From assembly GCA_045863235.1 (NCBI GenBank), contig BTUM01000022.1, positions 1-64,000 of the forward strand: a stretch of 64,000 nt of DNA, in the 5' to 3' direction. Both the position numbers and the translations under genes were made by a program. Shown here one piece after another: positions 62,559 through 64,000 of the stretch. The stretch's first letter is position 1; the number at the start of each line of letters is the position of its first letter. This stretch comes from Candidatus Xenobia bacterium (GTDB lineage Bacteria > Vulcanimicrobiota > Xenobia > Xenobiales > QWHO01). The notes below the pieces were generated by a model. It did no database searches and had not been told where the DNA came from. It saw only the letters and a program-made list of their open reading frames with translations.

Positions 62559-63518
62559 TCACTCTGCTGGAGAATCCAGCCTCGAGCTGGCCGCCCGCAC
62601 CAGGATGCCCGCCCCGTAGCAGAGCGGGATCAGCGCCGAGGTGATGGGCGCTACCAGCAGCGCGCGAAGATCCCGCAGCCGCCAGGCGGCCATCACTCCG
62701 TCCGCCAGGAGTGCCGGCGCCCCCAGCAGCAAGAACCGGGGCGCGCTCACGGCCATCAGGCCGAGCCCCGCGCACAGCGCGGCCGGGGCCAGGTGGGGCC
62801 ACTCGAACGAATCCGGCCAGCAACGCCAGATGTCCACCCGTCGCACCCCGTAGGCAAAGATCTTGCGCGCGTGGGTCAGTACCGAGGTGGCCCGGTGGTG
62901 CCACACCGGCGCTTCGGGAAGATACAGCATGCGGGCCCCCGCCCGGGCCACCCGAAACAGCCACTCCTTGTCCTCGCCGGCGTCGTGGAAGCGCTCGTCG
63001 AACCCGCCCACCCGCTGGTAGAAGGTCCGCGCCAGGGCCATGTTGCCCGTGCCCGGCAGGTAGCGCACCAGTCGAGTCGAGCCCCAGCGCAGGCCTCCGG
63101 TGGCCAGGGGCGAGTCCACCGACCAGCCCACGCAACGGCTGACCAGCGGGTCGTCGGCCGGCACCAGGTCGGGCCCGCCCACGCAGTCGGCTTGCCCGGC
63201 CTCCAGCGGGGCAAGCAAGCGCTCCAGCCAGTCCGGCTCGGCCCAGGAGTCGGCATCGATGAAGGCCAGCCATTCCCCCCGGGAATGGGCCAGGGCCGTG
63301 TTGCGGGCGGCTGCCGCCCCGCCCCGGCGCGGCCGCGAAAGCACCGCGAAGCGCGGGTCCCCCGCCACCGCGTGGCGGGCCGCCTCCAGCGTGCCGTCGG
63401 GCGAGCCGTCGTCCACCACGATCACCTCGAAGTCGCTTCGGCTCTGGGCCGCCAGCGACCTGAGGCAGCGGCCGACCAGTTGCTGGCTGCGGTAAGCGGG
63501 TACGATGATCGAGATCAC
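62559..63518 (-). CDS. Glycosyltransferase family 2
   Basis: SIIVPAY, VVDDGS, ARN, FIDAD, GGFDE, ED. Confidence 0.92.
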   Translation of the reverse strand: MISIIVPAYRSQQLVGRCLRSLAAQSRSDFEVIVVDDGSPDGTLEAARHAVAGDPRFAVLSRPRRGGAAAARNTALAHSRGEWLAFIDADSWAEPDWLERLLAPLEAGQADCVGGPDLVPADDPLVSRCVGWSVDSPLATGGLRWGSTRLVRYLPGTGNMALARTFYQRVGGFDERFHDAGEDKEWLFRVARAGARMLYLPEAPVWHHRATSVLTHARKIFAYGVRRVDIWRCWPDSFEWPHLAPAALCAGLGLMAVSAPRFLLLGAPALLADGVMAAWRLRDLRALLVAPITSALIPLCYGAGILVRAASSRLDSPAE

Positions 63519-64000
63519 AGCGCCTCCACGATGCGTTCCCAGCGGTAGCGCTCGGGCAGCTCCGGCGGCGAAGCCCCCGGAGCCGTTCGCACGGCCTCAG
63601 CAAAGGCATCCCAATCGTCTTCCACGCGCACTCCTGAGACTTCCAGCCCGGCCACGCCCAGCGAGGTCGAGACCACCGGCCTCCCGGCCGCCAGGGCCTC
63701 CAGTACCTTCAGGCGGGTACCGCTGCCGGTCCGCAGGGGCACGATCACCACGTCGCACGCCGCCAGGAGGACCGAGAGGTCGTCCACGAAGCCCAGCAGC
63801 CGCACGTTGGCACGCTCCTGAAACTGCTCGCAGCCCACCCCGGCCACCAGGAACTCAAAGTCAGGCAGGCGCGGAGCCAGTTCGCTCAATACCAGCTCCA
63901 CCGCTTCGCGGTTGGCGGCGTAACGCAGTACGCCGAAGAAGAGAGCCACCGGTCGCTCCCTGGGCAGCCCCAGCCGCTGGCGAGCTCGAGAGCGGTCACC
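63515..64000 (-). CDS. Glycosyltransferase family 4, C-terminal part (partial)
   Basis: GFVDD, PLRTGSGTRLKVLEALAAGRPVVST. Confidence 0.88.
   Translation of the reverse strand, partial: GDRSRARQRLGLPRERPVALFFGVLRYAANREAVELVLSELAPRLPDFEFLVAGVGCEQFQERANVRLLGFVDDLSVLLAACDVVIVPLRTGSGTRLKVLEALAAGRPVVSTSLGVAGLEVSGVRVEDDWDAFAEAVRTAPGASPPELPERYRWERIVEAL

Overview
High-GC bacterial chromosomal window, densely coding, with about 55 supportable CDSs. I saw no rRNA, tRNA, CRISPR array or intact transposase. Gene style recalls Ca. Eremiobacterota/Vulcanimicrobiota (class Xenobia), but that is unverified pattern recall. Housekeeping and metabolic content: DUF1684, a phosphonopyruvate-decarboxylase-like enzyme, two CrtI/CrtN-family desaturases, Kup plus a K+ channel-like protein, adenosine deaminase, a PfkB kinase, KptA, a fatty acyl reductase-esterase-WS/DGAT wax-ester operon, an alpha-hydroxy-acid oxidase, TrmO, SulP with beta-carbonic anhydrase next to an OmpR-type two-component system, an OmpA lipoprotein and glycosyltransferases. 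Most notable: (1) a PilB/GspE ATPase fused to a GAF-like domain and a degenerate Ser/Thr pseudokinase, head-to-head with an intact membrane Ser/Thr kinase, amid dispersed type IV pilus genes; (2) scattered orphan proteins sharing flagellar-substrate-like N-termini (FlgM-like D-x-V-x-L-S, or flagellin-like), two of which share an 18-nt upstream motif but carry different peptidase domains, plus a 20-aa 'GGVxV...VxVxGxxL+xR' motif shared by two large orphans; (3) a Tat-signal Cys-repeat peptide at the left edge, missed by the ORF track, resembling MNIO-modified RiPP precursors; (4) a TPR gene with a transposase-like N-terminus, a hexamer microsatellite, an AT-rich palindrome and an upstream 74-76-bp tandem array. 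All product calls come from motif recognition, not database searches.
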